The position numbers were made by a program, and so were the translations under genes. From an uncultured Gemmatimonadales bacterium (GTDB lineage Bacteria > Gemmatimonadota > Gemmatimonadetes > Gemmatimonadales > Gemmatimonadaceae), in the NCBI GenBank assembly GCA_963701965.1, contig OY969695.1, positions 1,504,001-1,568,000 on the forward strand: a stretch of 64,000 nt of DNA, read 5' to 3'. Under the pieces are notes generated by a model that was not told where the DNA came from, made no database searches, and saw only the letters and a program-made list of their open reading frames with translations. Numbering within the stretch: position 1 is the stretch's first letter; each line of letters opens with the position of its first letter. This document shows, in pieces, positions 19,468-29,299 of this stretch.

Positions 19468-20792
19468 CGGAAAGGACCTTCTTCGGACATCCGCGCGGGC
19501 TCGCCGTGTTGTTCGCCGCCGAGATGTGGGAGCGCTTCTCGTACTACGGGATGCGGGCGATTCTCGTGCTCTACATGGTCCACGTGCTGCAGTATCCCGA
19601 CGCGCAGGCCTCGCACGTCTACGGCCTGTACACGGGACTCGTGTGGCTGACGCCCATCGTGGGGGGATGGCTCGCCGACCGCGTGTTCGGCACCCGCCGC
19701 TCCCTGGTGATCGGAGGGTTGATCATCGCGGCCGGGCATTTCGTTCTGGCGATTCCCTCGCCCGCGTCCTTCTATCCGGGTCTCGCGCTCGTCGTGTTGG
19801 GGACCGGGTTGTTCAAACCCAATGCGTCCACAATGGTGGGGCAGCTGTACACGCCCGGCGATCGCCGGCGTGATGCGGGATTCACGATCTTCTACATCGG
19901 CATCAACCTGGGCGGGGCGATCGCGCCGCTCATCTGTGGGGCGCTCGCCCAAAAGGTCAACTGGCACTACGGGTTCGGCGCCGCGGGCGTGGGGATGCTC
20001 TTGGGCCTGGCCACCTTCGTGTGGCTGCGCGACAAGTACCTGCCCGGCATCGGCCTCGCGCCACAGGAGCGGCCCCGCACCACGGTCGTCGAGACGAGCG
20101 GACCGCTGACGGCCGACGAGCGGCGGCGCCTGGTGGCGCTGGCGATCGTGTTCGTGTTCGCCGCCGTGTTCTGGACCGGCTACGAGCAAGCGGGCAGCTC
20201 GCTCAATCTGTTCGCCGACCGGTACATCGATCTCAACGTCGGGTCGTTCGCCATCCCGTCGTCGTGGTTCCAGTCCCTGCCCTCGATTTTTGTGCTGCTT
20301 TTCGCGGGCATCTTTGCGGCCCTGTGGCAGTGGCTCGGTCGGCGGAACGCCGAGCCTTCGACGGCGCTCAAGATGGTGATGAGCCTCGTGCTTCTCGGGC
20401 TGGCGTTCGGGTTCATGATCCTCGCGGGACGGCAGACCGACACGTGCCTCGCGGCGCATGCCGCGAACCAGTGCGCCGTCGTGGCCCCGGGTTGGCTCGT
20501 GACGACGTACCTGGTCAGTGTCTTGGGCGAGTTGTGCCTCTCGCCGGTCGGCCTGTCCTACGTCTCCAAGGTGGCGCCGGCGCGATTCGCCGCCGTCTCC
20601 ATGGGCGCGTTCTTTCTGACCAACGCCATCGGGAGCTATGCCGGTGGTTGGTTGGCGGGGCTGTCGGCCAGCATTCCCTCGATGGCGCGATTCTTCAGCA
20701 TCTTCACTGTGCTGTCACTCGCCGCGGGGGCCATCATGTTCCTCTGCGTGCCGCTCCTCAAGCGCCTGACCGCGTCGATCACGGATAGTTGA
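19464..20792 (+). CDS. POT/PTR proton-dependent oligopeptide transporter
   Basis: [16 protein letters not shown] (ExxERF), [20 protein letters not shown]. Confidence 0.95.
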   Translation: MTERTFFGHPRGLAVLFAAEMWERFSYYGMRAILVLYMVHVLQYPDAQASHVYGLYTGLVWLTPIVGGWLADRVFGTRRSLVIGGLIIAAGHFVLAIPSPASFYPGLALVVLGTGLFKPNASTMVGQLYTPGDRRRDAGFTIFYIGINLGGAIAPLICGALAQKVNWHYGFGAAGVGMLLGLATFVWLRDKYLPGIGLAPQERPRTTVVETSGPLTADERRRLVALAIVFVFAAVFWTGYEQAGSSLNLFADRYIDLNVGSFAIPSSWFQSLPSIFVLLFAGIFAALWQWLGRRNAEPSTALKMVMSLVLLGLAFGFMILAGRQTDTCLAAHAANQCAVVAPGWLVTTYLVSVLGELCLSPVGLSYVSKVAPARFAAVSMGAFFLTNAIGSYAGGWLAGLSASIPSMARFFSIFTVLSLAAGAIMFLCVPLLKRLTASITDS

Positions 20793-22539
20793 AGATGCTG
20801 GCGGGAACCACGGGCTCGCGGGCGTGCGCAATGTCCTGGGGCTCGAGGTAGAACGTGTAGGACGTATACGTGAAGTTCACGGTCGAGAATCGGAGCTCGA
20901 TGCCGTGCACGTGGGGCTCGCCGGTGACGGGGAACGCCAGATCCAACCGATACAGGCGGCGCGAACGCGGTGGGATCGCGATGAGGAGTCCGACGCCGGC
21001 GCCGACGGTGACCGGCGTCGTTACGCCGAACGGCGTGTCTTGCGCCCACAGCTTGCCGGCATCGATGAAGGGCGCGATGCCAAACTGGACCAATTGGCGA
21101 AATGGCGGCAGGGCCCAGTGTTCCTCGAAGCGGGTCACGGAGCGCTCGCCGCCCGCGGATTGGGAGGCGAGGTATCCGCGAACGCCTCCGCGAAATTGCG
21201 CGAATCCGAGTTGGAGCGGGATGCGTTGCTTGAGCGCCAAGCCGTATTCTTCATCGAGAATGAAGACGTGATCCACCGACGGCTTCCAGTAGAGGGCGCC
21301 GCGGCCGCTCACCAGGATCCCGTCCCAGCCACTGGTGACGTTGTTCTCGCGGCCCTCGCCCTGAATCTGAATGCCCGCGAGGAATCGGTCGGTCCCCGTG
21401 CCGGCATAGACCGCTGAGCCGAGGAACGTGTCTTCGCCGCGCGAGCCAAGAGCCGCCAGGCTGTGCCCGAAGAACGTTCCGAACTGCAGTCCTTGGCGGA
21501 AGTCCTGGTCGCCCGATAGCGCGTCGAATCCCGAGACCCGACGAAAGGCGATGTCGCGAAAACCCCAGAGGATGTTCACGCGACCGGTCTGCGTCGGGCG
21601 GCCGAACCGGCCCGTCAACTCCGACGCCGTCACCGCCGACGTGTCGGGACGAATGCCGGAGTCGCCGACGATCACCGGCAGACGGGCGACCGCCTCCCGC
21701 TCCTGGGAAATGGACAGCCCGAACAGACTGAAGCGATGGGGCTCGCCGATCCGGACGATCCCGCCAACTTGCCAGTAGTTGCGCGTGAAATCGGAGGCCG
21801 GCAGATCGAAGTTGTTGGGAAAGGACGGGTTCTGATAGGTGTAGAAGACGCGTTGCGAGCCGCCGGACACGACCCACCCGAATCGCTGCAGATCGGTCAG
21901 GAAGGGATAGCTCAGGGTGGCATCCCACTGGCCGCCGGCGCGATCGCGAATGAAGTCGGCGCTCAGACGGTAGGGGCCGCCGAAGGCGGCGTAGTCGATG
22001 AAACTGAGCGCATACCGGTCGCGGTAGAACTGGTAGTAATGCCAGTCGACCGCGGCGGCGATGCCCTGCCCGGCGAGATTGCCTTCCCCGAGCAGCACGC
22101 GCGTCACGTAGGGCTCCGTGCTCTGGGCGTTGGCCCCCAGCAAGAGACCGATTTCATCGACGGTGAAGACGTCGATCCGCACGCCGCCGGCGCCGTCGTC
22201 GTACGCGGTGACGCGCGCCTCGGCCAAAAACGGCTGCGCGCGCAGGACGCGCTCGGTTTCCTCGAGGCCGATCGGTGTGCACCGATCGCCCACCCGCACC
22301 ACCAGAAATCGCCGAATGACCCGCCGCCGGGTGGTTGCGTGCAACGAGTTCAAGCGGCGGGCCACCCAGCGCCACTGGCCAGTGAGGCCGGCCCAGTAGG
22401 GCGGCTGCGGCCGCACGTCGATCGCCGAGATCAGCCGGCCGTCACACGCGGGGCGTGGGGCATTGGGCTCTTGCCCCCTCGCCACGATTGGCTGCGTCAC
22501 CGATTGCGCCGCGAGCGCGACACAGGCGGCGAGGGTCAT
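20779..22539 (-). CDS. Omp85/BamA-TamA-like outer-membrane protein
   Basis: Signal peptide, POTRA-like (T...VIRRFL...GD...ETERVLR), GVRGY, FIDAG, RLDLAFP. Confidence 0.75.
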   Translation of the reverse strand: MTLAACVALAAQSVTQPIVARGQEPNAPRPACDGRLISAIDVRPQPPYWAGLTGQWRWVARRLNSLHATTRRRVIRRFLVVRVGDRCTPIGLEETERVLRAQPFLAEARVTAYDDGAGGVRIDVFTVDEIGLLLGANAQSTEPYVTRVLLGEGNLAGQGIAAAVDWHYYQFYRDRYALSFIDYAAFGGPYRLSADFIRDRAGGQWDATLSYPFLTDLQRFGWVVSGGSQRVFYTYQNPSFPNNFDLPASDFTRNYWQVGGIVRIGEPHRFSLFGLSISQEREAVARLPVIVGDSGIRPDTSAVTASELTGRFGRPTQTGRVNILWGFRDIAFRRVSGFDALSGDQDFRQGLQFGTFFGHSLAALGSRGEDTFLGSAVYAGTGTDRFLAGIQIQGEGRENNVTSGWDGILVSGRGALYWKPSVDHVFILDEEYGLALKQRIPLQLGFAQFRGGVRGYLASQSAGGERSVTRFEEHWALPPFRQLVQFGIAPFIDAGKLWAQDTPFGVTTPVTVGAGVGLLIAIPPRSRRLYRLDLAFPVTGEPHVHGIELRFSTVNFTYTSYTFYLEPQDIAHAREPVVPASIFNYP

Positions 22540-22563
22540 CCGGCGCACCGGCAACCAATGCGT

Positions 22564-23061
22564 CTACTTTCCCATGCGGCGCTTGAGCGCCGCCAGACGC
22601 ATCTCGGCGTCCATGTCGGCGGCCTGCGCGCTGTGGGCGCTTGTCGCGTCGCGGCGCGTTGCGGCATCGGGATTGACACCTGCCGCGGCCAGCCTGAGCT
22701 CGGCAGTCATCTCGGCGACCTCGCGTTCGGCCAGCGCCAGCTCCGCCTCCTGGGCATCGCGCTTCCGCGTCAGGACCGCCACGCGGTCCACGTGCAGCCG
22801 CTCAAATCGCTCGGCGACGGCCACGGTCTCCGCATCGGCGATGCCGAGGGCCAACTGCTTCCGGCGACGGCAGGTCGCCAGCTCCTTTTCCTCGCGCTCG
22901 AGCTGCGCGCGGACCTCGGCGAGGCCCTCGCGCATGGCGCCCACGCTGACGCGGGCGTGGACCAGCGTCTCCTTCATCTGGGCCACGACGACGCGCCGCT
23001 CTTCGGGCGGCAGCGTTCCATCGACGAGGGCGCGCCACGACTGCCGCAGGTGCTCGAACAT
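22564..23061 (-). CDS. Coiled-coil protein, PspA/IM30-like
   Basis: Amphipathic MFEHLRQSW start, coiled coil, C-terminal DAEMRLAALKRRMGK. Confidence 0.6.
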   Translation of the reverse strand: MFEHLRQSWRALVDGTLPPEERRVVVAQMKETLVHARVSVGAMREGLAEVRAQLEREEKELATCRRRKQLALGIADAETVAVAERFERLHVDRVAVLTRKRDAQEAELALAEREVAEMTAELRLAAAGVNPDAATRRDATSAHSAQAADMDAEMRLAALKRRMGK

Positions 23062-23088
23062 CGGCCCATACGATATATTCCGTGCGCC

Positions 23089-23835
23089 ATGCCCCGCCAC
23101 CCCCTGGTCGCCGTGACGGCTACCACCCGGCCGGACGGCGGAGTCGTCCGCGTCCGCTTGAGCGTGGCGTATCTCGCGTCGCTCGACGGCGCCGGCCTCA
23201 CGCCGATCGTCGTACCGCCGTTCGAGCCGTGCGCGGACGCCCGCGCGATCCTCGACGCCGTATCCGGTCTCGTCCTCACCGGCGGTGAGGACGTCGAGCC
23301 CGCGCGCTACGGTGCTACCCCGCACCCGCATCTCAGTACCGTTCATGCCGGTCGCGACGCGACGGAGCTCCGGCTCCTCGAGGGCGCGCGCGCGCGCCGC
23401 CTGCCGACTCTGGCGATCTGCCGCGGCATTCAGGTGCTCAACGTGGCGCTCGGGGGCACGTTGATCCAGGATCTTCCCAGCGAGCATCCGAGCGCGATCG
23501 CGCACGACAGCGACGGGCCGCGCGCGGCGCGATCGCACGCGGTGACGATCACACCGGGCTCGCGCCTCGCCGCGACGGTCGGGCGGACGGAGATCGCCGT
23601 CAACTCGTACCATCATCAGGCCGTGGATACCGTCGCCGAAGGACTCGTCGTGAGTGCCCGCGCGCCGGACGGCGTCATCGAGGCGGTGGAGACTGCGCCC
23701 TCTAACCCGTGGTGGGTGCTGGGGATACAGTGGCATCCCGAGGACTTGACGGGTCTTCCCGAACCGTGGGATCGCGCGTTGTTCGCGTCGTTCGCCACCC
23801 AAGTGGACGAAACTCCACCCGCCGGCCGCTCGTAA
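23089..23835 (+). CDS. Peptidase C26 / PuuD-like gamma-glutamyl hydrolase
   Basis: GLVLTGGEDV, AICRGIQVLNVALGGTL, VNSYHHQ, QWHPE. Confidence 0.92.
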   Translation: MPRHPLVAVTATTRPDGGVVRVRLSVAYLASLDGAGLTPIVVPPFEPCADARAILDAVSGLVLTGGEDVEPARYGATPHPHLSTVHAGRDATELRLLEGARARRLPTLAICRGIQVLNVALGGTLIQDLPSEHPSAIAHDSDGPRAARSHAVTITPGSRLAATVGRTEIAVNSYHHQAVDTVAEGLVVSARAPDGVIEAVETAPSNPWWVLGIQWHPEDLTGLPEPWDRALFASFATQVDETPPAGRS

Positions 23836-23848
23836 TACTGGATATACT

Positions 23849-24103
23849 ATGTTCACAATAGTTCTAGAGGGCGTGCTGTTCGTCACGTTGATCGTGACGG
23901 GGGCCGCCCTCTTTTTCGTGGTGCTCATGCAGTTCACCCCATTCGGGACGCGCGTCCGCCAGGACCGGAATCGCCGCCGCATTGAGCGTGCGGCAGCACG
24001 CGTGTGTGCCCTGCACGGGCCCCACGCGGAGTCGGAGATGGTGCGATTGCCGGACGGCGAGCGCGTGTGCCCTGAATGCTACTCGGAGATCGTTCATGAC
24101 TAG
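23849..24103 (+). CDS. Small membrane protein with CxxH...CxxC zinc-finger-like tail
   Basis: N-terminal TM helix, CALH and CPEC motifs; overlaps the SPFH start. Confidence 0.7.
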   Translation: MFTIVLEGVLFVTLIVTGAALFFVVLMQFTPFGTRVRQDRNRRRIERAAARVCALHGPHAESEMVRLPDGERVCPECYSEIVHD

Positions 24104-24981
24104 TGTCGATCCGCAGTTCGCGCGTGTCGGGCGGCTGTTGGGCATAGGAGTGGGCTTCTTGCTCGTCATTCTCCTCCTGCCCAACACGGCCAAGTACATC
24201 AGCCCGGGGCACGTGGGCATCGTCATTCACCGCGCGGGCGGCGGCGTCGATCCGACGCCGCTGGGCTCCGGGCTGCACATGCGCAATCCGCTGTTCACCG
24301 AGATCGTGGAGTACCCGACCTACATGCAGACGCTCGTGCTCACGCGCGCGTCGAACGAGGGCTCGGCCAACAACGACGAGATCAACGTCAACAGCGTCGA
24401 GGGACAGCCGCTGTCGCTCGAATGTCTCGCTGTCGTTTCAACTGGATCCGACCAAAGTTCCGAATCTCTACACGACGTTCCGCACGGACATCGAAACCAT
24501 TCAGCACGGCTACGTCCGCCAATCGGTGCGGCAGGCGTTGCAGGAAGTCGTCGGGCAGGAGCACATCGCCGATATCATCGGGCCCAAGAAAACCGAGGCG
24601 ACGTCGCGCACCGAAGCGATGCTGCAGGAACGGCTGTCGCCCTACGGCATCGACGTCAAGCAGTTCACCATCAACGAGCTCCGGCCGCCGCAGTCGGTGG
24701 TCGAAGCGATCAATACCAAGAACGTGATGCAGCAACAGGCACTGACGGCGCAGAACGAGCTGCAGAAGAACCAATTTCAGGCCAGCGGTGATTCGATCAA
24801 GGCGGCCGGGCACGCGAAAGCGATCCTGGCCGAGGCCGAGGCGCAGGCCCGGGCCAACGATCTGTTGTCCAAGAGCATCACGCCGACGCTGGTGCAGTAC
24901 GAGATGGTGAAGCATTGGAATGGGCAAATGCCGCAGGTGACGGGGGCATCCATGCCCATGATCCAACTGCCCAAGCCGTAG
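24096..24981 (+). CDS. SPFH/prohibitin-family protein (frameshift at about 24421)
   Basis: ISPGHVGIV...GLH.RNP in one frame. Removing one A at 24421-22 gives LSLDVSLSFQLDP, continuing in frame to AEAEAQARAN...WNGQMP. Confidence 0.85.
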
Positions 24982-25713
24982 CTAGCTCAGGAGCTTCCAG
25001 CGCGCCTCATCGCGCACCTGGCGCATGAGACGCTCCGGCGAATGCCGGTTGGCGAAGAGCGTCCGGTCGCTCACGCGGTTGAGCGCGACCCGCAGTAATG
25101 GGAAGCGCTCGGCCGCCGAGGCGTACAAGTTCACGAGACCGTGCTCGCTGGCCAACCGGTGGTCGGCAGCGAGCTGGTAGCCGCGGCGTCCCGCCTCTTC
25201 GTAGTAATCGAGATCGGGCGCGCCCCGCCGGTGATGCCGCCCGGCGATGTACTCGGGAAACATCCCACTCAACCACAAGGCGTAGTTCCCCAGATGCGCC
25301 CGCGCCAGGAACGCGCGTCGTGCATCCGGCCCGTCGACCGCCGCCAAGAGCTCGGCGACCGTGTCGTACGTGGCATCGTCGGCCTCACCGATCCGATAGG
25401 CCCGCTGTTGCAATCCGAAATGCAACATGATCGACGCCACGTAGTCGGCGAGGACGCGATCGTGCTCCCCCACGGACTGCATGGCGTGCCGCACGATGAC
25501 GTAAGCGAACAGTTGGATCGACGCGCAGGCGCCCTGGCGCGACTCCATGAGCGCATCGACGAGCCGTGGATCGTCGAGTAGAGGGTCCAGCCCCTCATCG
25601 CGCAGCACGCCCTCGGCGCGTTCCAGATCGCTCGCGCTGCCGCGGGCGATCAAACGCACGACCAGTTGCGCATCGTCCCGCCGGAGCGCGTGTCGCACAT
25701 CAGCCAGGATCAT
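24982..25713 (-). CDS. Hypothetical helical protein
   Basis: GGAGG RBS, coherent ORF with HLGNYALWLSGMFP and YY...GRRGY motifs. Confidence 0.75.
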   Translation of the reverse strand: MILADVRHALRRDDAQLVVRLIARGSASDLERAEGVLRDEGLDPLLDDPRLVDALMESRQGACASIQLFAYVIVRHAMQSVGEHDRVLADYVASIMLHFGLQQRAYRIGEADDATYDTVAELLAAVDGPDARRAFLARAHLGNYALWLSGMFPEYIAGRHHRRGAPDLDYYEEAGRRGYQLAADHRLASEHGLVNLYASAAERFPLLRVALNRVSDRTLFANRHSPERLMRQVRDEARWKLLS

Positions 25714-25745
25714 CGCGTGTTCCCTCCCTCACTCTGTCGTACACC

Positions 25746-27281
25746 TCAGCGGGGCCTTGTGTCCCTATTGGCAAGAGCCATTCCGAGGTCGAACATGAGC
25801 AGGTCGACGTGGGCCAGTTTGTCGAAGTCGATTTTCGCCGGTTCGTCGGTGACCCGGTGATAGTCGGCGTGGAGCCCTGTCGTAAGGAAGACGATCGGCA
25901 CCCCCTTTCGGGCATAGTTGTAATGGTCCGACCGGTAGTAGATCTGCTCCGGGTGGGTCGGCGAATCCCATTCCCGGTCGAACGCGAACGGGTGCGCGAG
26001 ATGGGCGTTCACCGAGTCCAAGACCTGCCCCAGCACACGACTCTGGTCGTGCGGCGCGGCGTTGGGTCCGACGACGTAGAGCGACTCGGGCGCGTTACGC
26101 CCGATCATGTCGGCGTTGATCTGCGCCACGATCGAGTCGAGCGGCACGGTGGGATGGGCCGTGAAGTATCCCGATCCGAGCAGTCCCTTTTCCTCCCCCA
26201 CATGCCAGACGAAGAGCACGGACCGGCGCGGCGGCTCGCGCCGGAACGCCCGCGCCAACGCCAGGAGTGCCACACTGCCCGACCCATCGTCGTCGGCGCC
26301 ATTGGCGATCGAATCGCCGTGCTCCGCCGGCTGAATCCCGATGTGATCGTAGTGCGCGCCGAACGCCACGTACGTGTCCTTGAGTTGCGGATCGTGCCCC
26401 GGCACGATGGCGACGACGTTGTATGACGTGACGCGCTGCTGCAACGACTCGACGTGACCCGTGAAGTGGCGGTGACGCAGCAGCCGCGGCGTGCCGTCCA
26501 TCCAGTGATCGGGAAGAAGGGGCGTACGGCTCGATGCGGTGCCGATGAGGATCATGGGGATGGGGCGCTCTTCGTCCGGCACCACGGCGCGGGACGGACC
26601 GGCCGGTTCCAGCGATCGTCCCAACTCGGACCGGAGCCGCGCCGAAAGTCCGGCCGACGGGCCGGTCAGCAGCACGATGACCGCGGCGGGATGTCGCGGG
26701 ATGAGCCGCTGCAAGCGCGTCGAGATCGCCGACTCGGCCTCGAGCGCCGCCCGCGCCTCGGACGACGCGCCCGGCGGCGCGCCGTTCACGACGACGACCA
26801 CGCGGCCTTTCACGCTGACGCGATCGAAGTCGTCGGTACCCTGGCGCTGCAACCCGTAGCCGGCGAACACCAGGTCCCCCTCGGCGTTGGCCTTGGGGGG
26901 CGGCGCGTTGTCGCCCGTCGCCAAAATGGGGGTGAGGTCCGTGACGTTCGCGCCCGACACGGTGAACCGCGTCGATGGGCCCAGCATGGCGCGCTGCAAG
27001 GGAACCCGCTGGTAGTACCCGCTGTCCCCGGCCGGGTCGAGACCGAGCGCGGTGAGTCGGGTGACGAGAAATGCCGCGGCGCGGCGCTCATCCGGCGTGC
27101 CCGTCTCGCGCCCGCGAAACGAGTCCGATGCGAAGACCATGAGGTCCTGCCGCAACTCGTCCGCGGTCGGTACCGGCGCGCGCATGGCCGCCGGAGCGGG
27201 AAGCCCCGGTGCCACGAGCGGGGCGCTGGCGCACCCGGCGGTCACGAGGACCGCCGCCAGCACGCCGTGGGGCTTCCGCAT
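25746..27281 (-). CDS. M28-family metallopeptidase lipoprotein with PA domain
   Basis: Lipobox TAGC, GAHYDH, GADDDGSG, GEEKGLLGS, NADMIG, RSDH, HADYH. Confidence 0.93.
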   Translation of the reverse strand: MRKPHGVLAAVLVTAGCASAPLVAPGLPAPAAMRAPVPTADELRQDLMVFASDSFRGRETGTPDERRAAAFLVTRLTALGLDPAGDSGYYQRVPLQRAMLGPSTRFTVSGANVTDLTPILATGDNAPPPKANAEGDLVFAGYGLQRQGTDDFDRVSVKGRVVVVVNGAPPGASSEARAALEAESAISTRLQRLIPRHPAAVIVLLTGPSAGLSARLRSELGRSLEPAGPSRAVVPDEERPIPMILIGTASSRTPLLPDHWMDGTPRLLRHRHFTGHVESLQQRVTSYNVVAIVPGHDPQLKDTYVAFGAHYDHIGIQPAEHGDSIANGADDDGSGSVALLALARAFRREPPRRSVLFVWHVGEEKGLLGSGYFTAHPTVPLDSIVAQINADMIGRNAPESLYVVGPNAAPHDQSRVLGQVLDSVNAHLAHPFAFDREWDSPTHPEQIYYRSDHYNYARKGVPIVFLTTGLHADYHRVTDEPAKIDFDKLAHVDLLMFDLGMALANRDTRPR

Positions 27282-27341
27282 GTCCCAAGGACTGGCGGGG
27301 CGCCTCCGGCGAAACAGCCCGTGTCTCATTATGATGTCGGC

Positions 27342-28193
27342 ATGCGCACGTTATCAGCCCTCTTGGTCCCGCTCACGATCTTCTCCTATGACGCCTCCAA
27401 GCCGCTCAACGTGAAGCTTGGCAAGACGGAAGCCGTCGGCGGCGTTCATGTGACGGAAGTCTCCTACGACTCCCCCAAAGGGGGCCGCGTGCCCGGCTAC
27501 CTCGTGATCCCGCCGGGGCGCGGTCCGTTCGCCGGCATCGTGTCCATGCACTGGGGACAGGGCAACAAGAGCGAATGGCTGGCCGAGGGACTGGCCATGG
27601 CGCGACACGGCGCGGTCTCCGTGATGATCGACGCGCCGTACTTGCGGCCCGACGTTCCGCCCGACACCACCAGCGCGGCGCGGACCGAGCGCGATGGCTA
27701 CATCCAAATGGTCGTGGATCTCCGGCGCGCCGTGGACCTGCTGGTGGCGCGCCCCGACATCGATCCGCATCGTATCGGCTACGTCGGACACTCGCTGGGC
27801 GCCACGTGGGGCGGGCCGTTGGCAGCCGTGGAAAAGCGGATCACGATCTTCGTGCTCATGGGCGGGTTGCCGTCATTGACCAACTACGACGACGACAGCT
27901 TCGCCGCCGAGATGCAACGCGCGTCGACACCGCGCGACAAGTTTCAAGCCTATGCGGCCGTGATGGAACCGTACAATCCCGTGCATTTCCTCGCCGGGAC
28001 GGGCCCCGCGAAGATCTACTTCCAATGGGCGACGCACGACATGTACATCAGCCGGCACTCGGCCGACGCGTACTACGCCGCGGTCGGGGGTCCAAAAGAA
28101 CAGCACTGGTATTTCACGAGCCACGAGTTCAACGACGAGCAGTCGCGCACGGATCGGCGGGCGTGGCTCAGCAGCGCCTTGTCCCTCCGCTAG
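27342..28193 (+). CDS. Alpha/beta hydrolase (esterase/peptidase-like)
   Basis: DLRRAVD.L..RPDID..RIGYVGHSLG nucleophile elbow; Asp and His near the C-terminus. Confidence 0.85.
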   Translation: MRTLSALLVPLTIFSYDASKPLNVKLGKTEAVGGVHVTEVSYDSPKGGRVPGYLVIPPGRGPFAGIVSMHWGQGNKSEWLAEGLAMARHGAVSVMIDAPYLRPDVPPDTTSAARTERDGYIQMVVDLRRAVDLLVARPDIDPHRIGYVGHSLGATWGGPLAAVEKRITIFVLMGGLPSLTNYDDDSFAAEMQRASTPRDKFQAYAAVMEPYNPVHFLAGTGPAKIYFQWATHDMYISRHSADAYYAAVGGPKEQHWYFTSHEFNDEQSRTDRRAWLSSALSLR

Positions 28194-29299
28194 CCCTGCG
28201 GTAGCGCCACGCGCCGATAGACGCCGAGCGTCTGCTCGGCCGTCGCCTCGACGGAGAAAGCGCGCACGCGCCCGCGGGCCGCGGCCGCGAGGCGCGCCGC
28301 CAGCGCCGGATCGGACGCGAGGCGCGCGATCCGGTCGCCCAAGGCCGCGCCGTCGCCGATGGGAGCGAGGAGGCCGGTGACATCGTCCCGCACGATCTCG
28401 GGAATGCCGCCGGCCGCCGTCGCCGCCACGGCGCCGCCGAACGCCATCGCGTCCAACAACACGGTCCCCAGCCCTTCCTCGCGCGAGCTGAGCGTCACGA
28501 CGTTGGCGGCCGCGATCAGGGCATCGGCATCGGCGCGATAGCCCGTCACGCGGAGGACGTCTTCGAGATCCAGCTCGCGAACCGCGGCCGTCACCTCGCC
28601 CCGCAGGTGTCCGTCGCCGACGAGCAAGGCCCGCAACGCCGGCACCCGCCGGTGCGCCACCGCGACGGCGCGGACGAACGTCAGCGGGTCTTTGTGCCCG
28701 ACGAGGGCGGACACCTGCACGACCACCGGCGCGCCGGGCGGCACGCCCAACGCCGCCAGCGTGGCCGACGACGCCGCGTCGACGCGGCGATCCAGGTCAA
28801 CGCCGCTGGGGATGACGGTGATGCGATCGGGCGCCACGCCGCTCGCGCGCAGCGCGGCGCCCACGGCGTCCGAGATCGCGATGACTGCCGATGCCCGGCG
28901 GTATTTCCAACGCGTGAAGGCGTTGTCGTTGAGCCGGAAGTCGACGCGTCGGGTCACAACCAAGCGGGCGGCCGTCCCCAGCGTCGCCAGCGCGCCCAGC
29001 GCCACGGCGTGACCGCTGTGCGCGTGCACGATCGTCGCATTCGCCCGTCGCATCGCCCGCCGGAGCGACCAGACGGCCAGGGGATCCCCCTCGACGAATG
29101 GCCGCAACGGCCAGACATTGAGTCCTTCCGCGACCGCCCGGTCGGCCAACGGCTGACCCGACCGCGCGGCCAGGAGCGTGCCGTGACCCTGCGCGCGGAG
29201 CGCACGGGCCAGCCAGAGCGTCTGCCGCTGGCCTCCCCGCCAGCCGCGCTCGGTGTCCACGTGCAGAACGTTCAACCGGTCGATAAAATGACGGTCCAT
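28190..29299 (-). CDS. Glycosyltransferase family 4
   Basis: RGGQRQ, VHAH, SSREEGLGTVLLDAMA, GGIPEIV...TGLL. Start uncertain. Confidence 0.9.
   Translation of the reverse strand: MDRHFIDRLNVLHVDTERGWRGGQRQTLWLARALRAQGHGTLLAARSGQPLADRAVAEGLNVWPLRPFVEGDPLAVWSLRRAMRRANATIVHAHSGHAVALGALATLGTAARLVVTRRVDFRLNDNAFTRWKYRRASAVIAISDAVGAALRASGVAPDRITVIPSGVDLDRRVDAASSATLAALGVPPGAPVVVQVSALVGHKDPLTFVRAVAVAHRRVPALRALLVGDGHLRGEVTAAVRELDLEDVLRVTGYRADADALIAAANVVTLSSREEGLGTVLLDAMAFGGAVAATAAGGIPEIVRDDVTGLLAPIGDGAALGDRIARLASDPALAARLAAAARGRVRAFSVEATAEQTLGVYRRVALPQG

Noticed and set aside
21736..23835. N-terminally extended ORFs suggesting fusions (also 16697, 17509, 26454, 29921, 7277)
   Set aside because: The extensions overlap other genes and are low-complexity; family motifs begin at the downstream starts.
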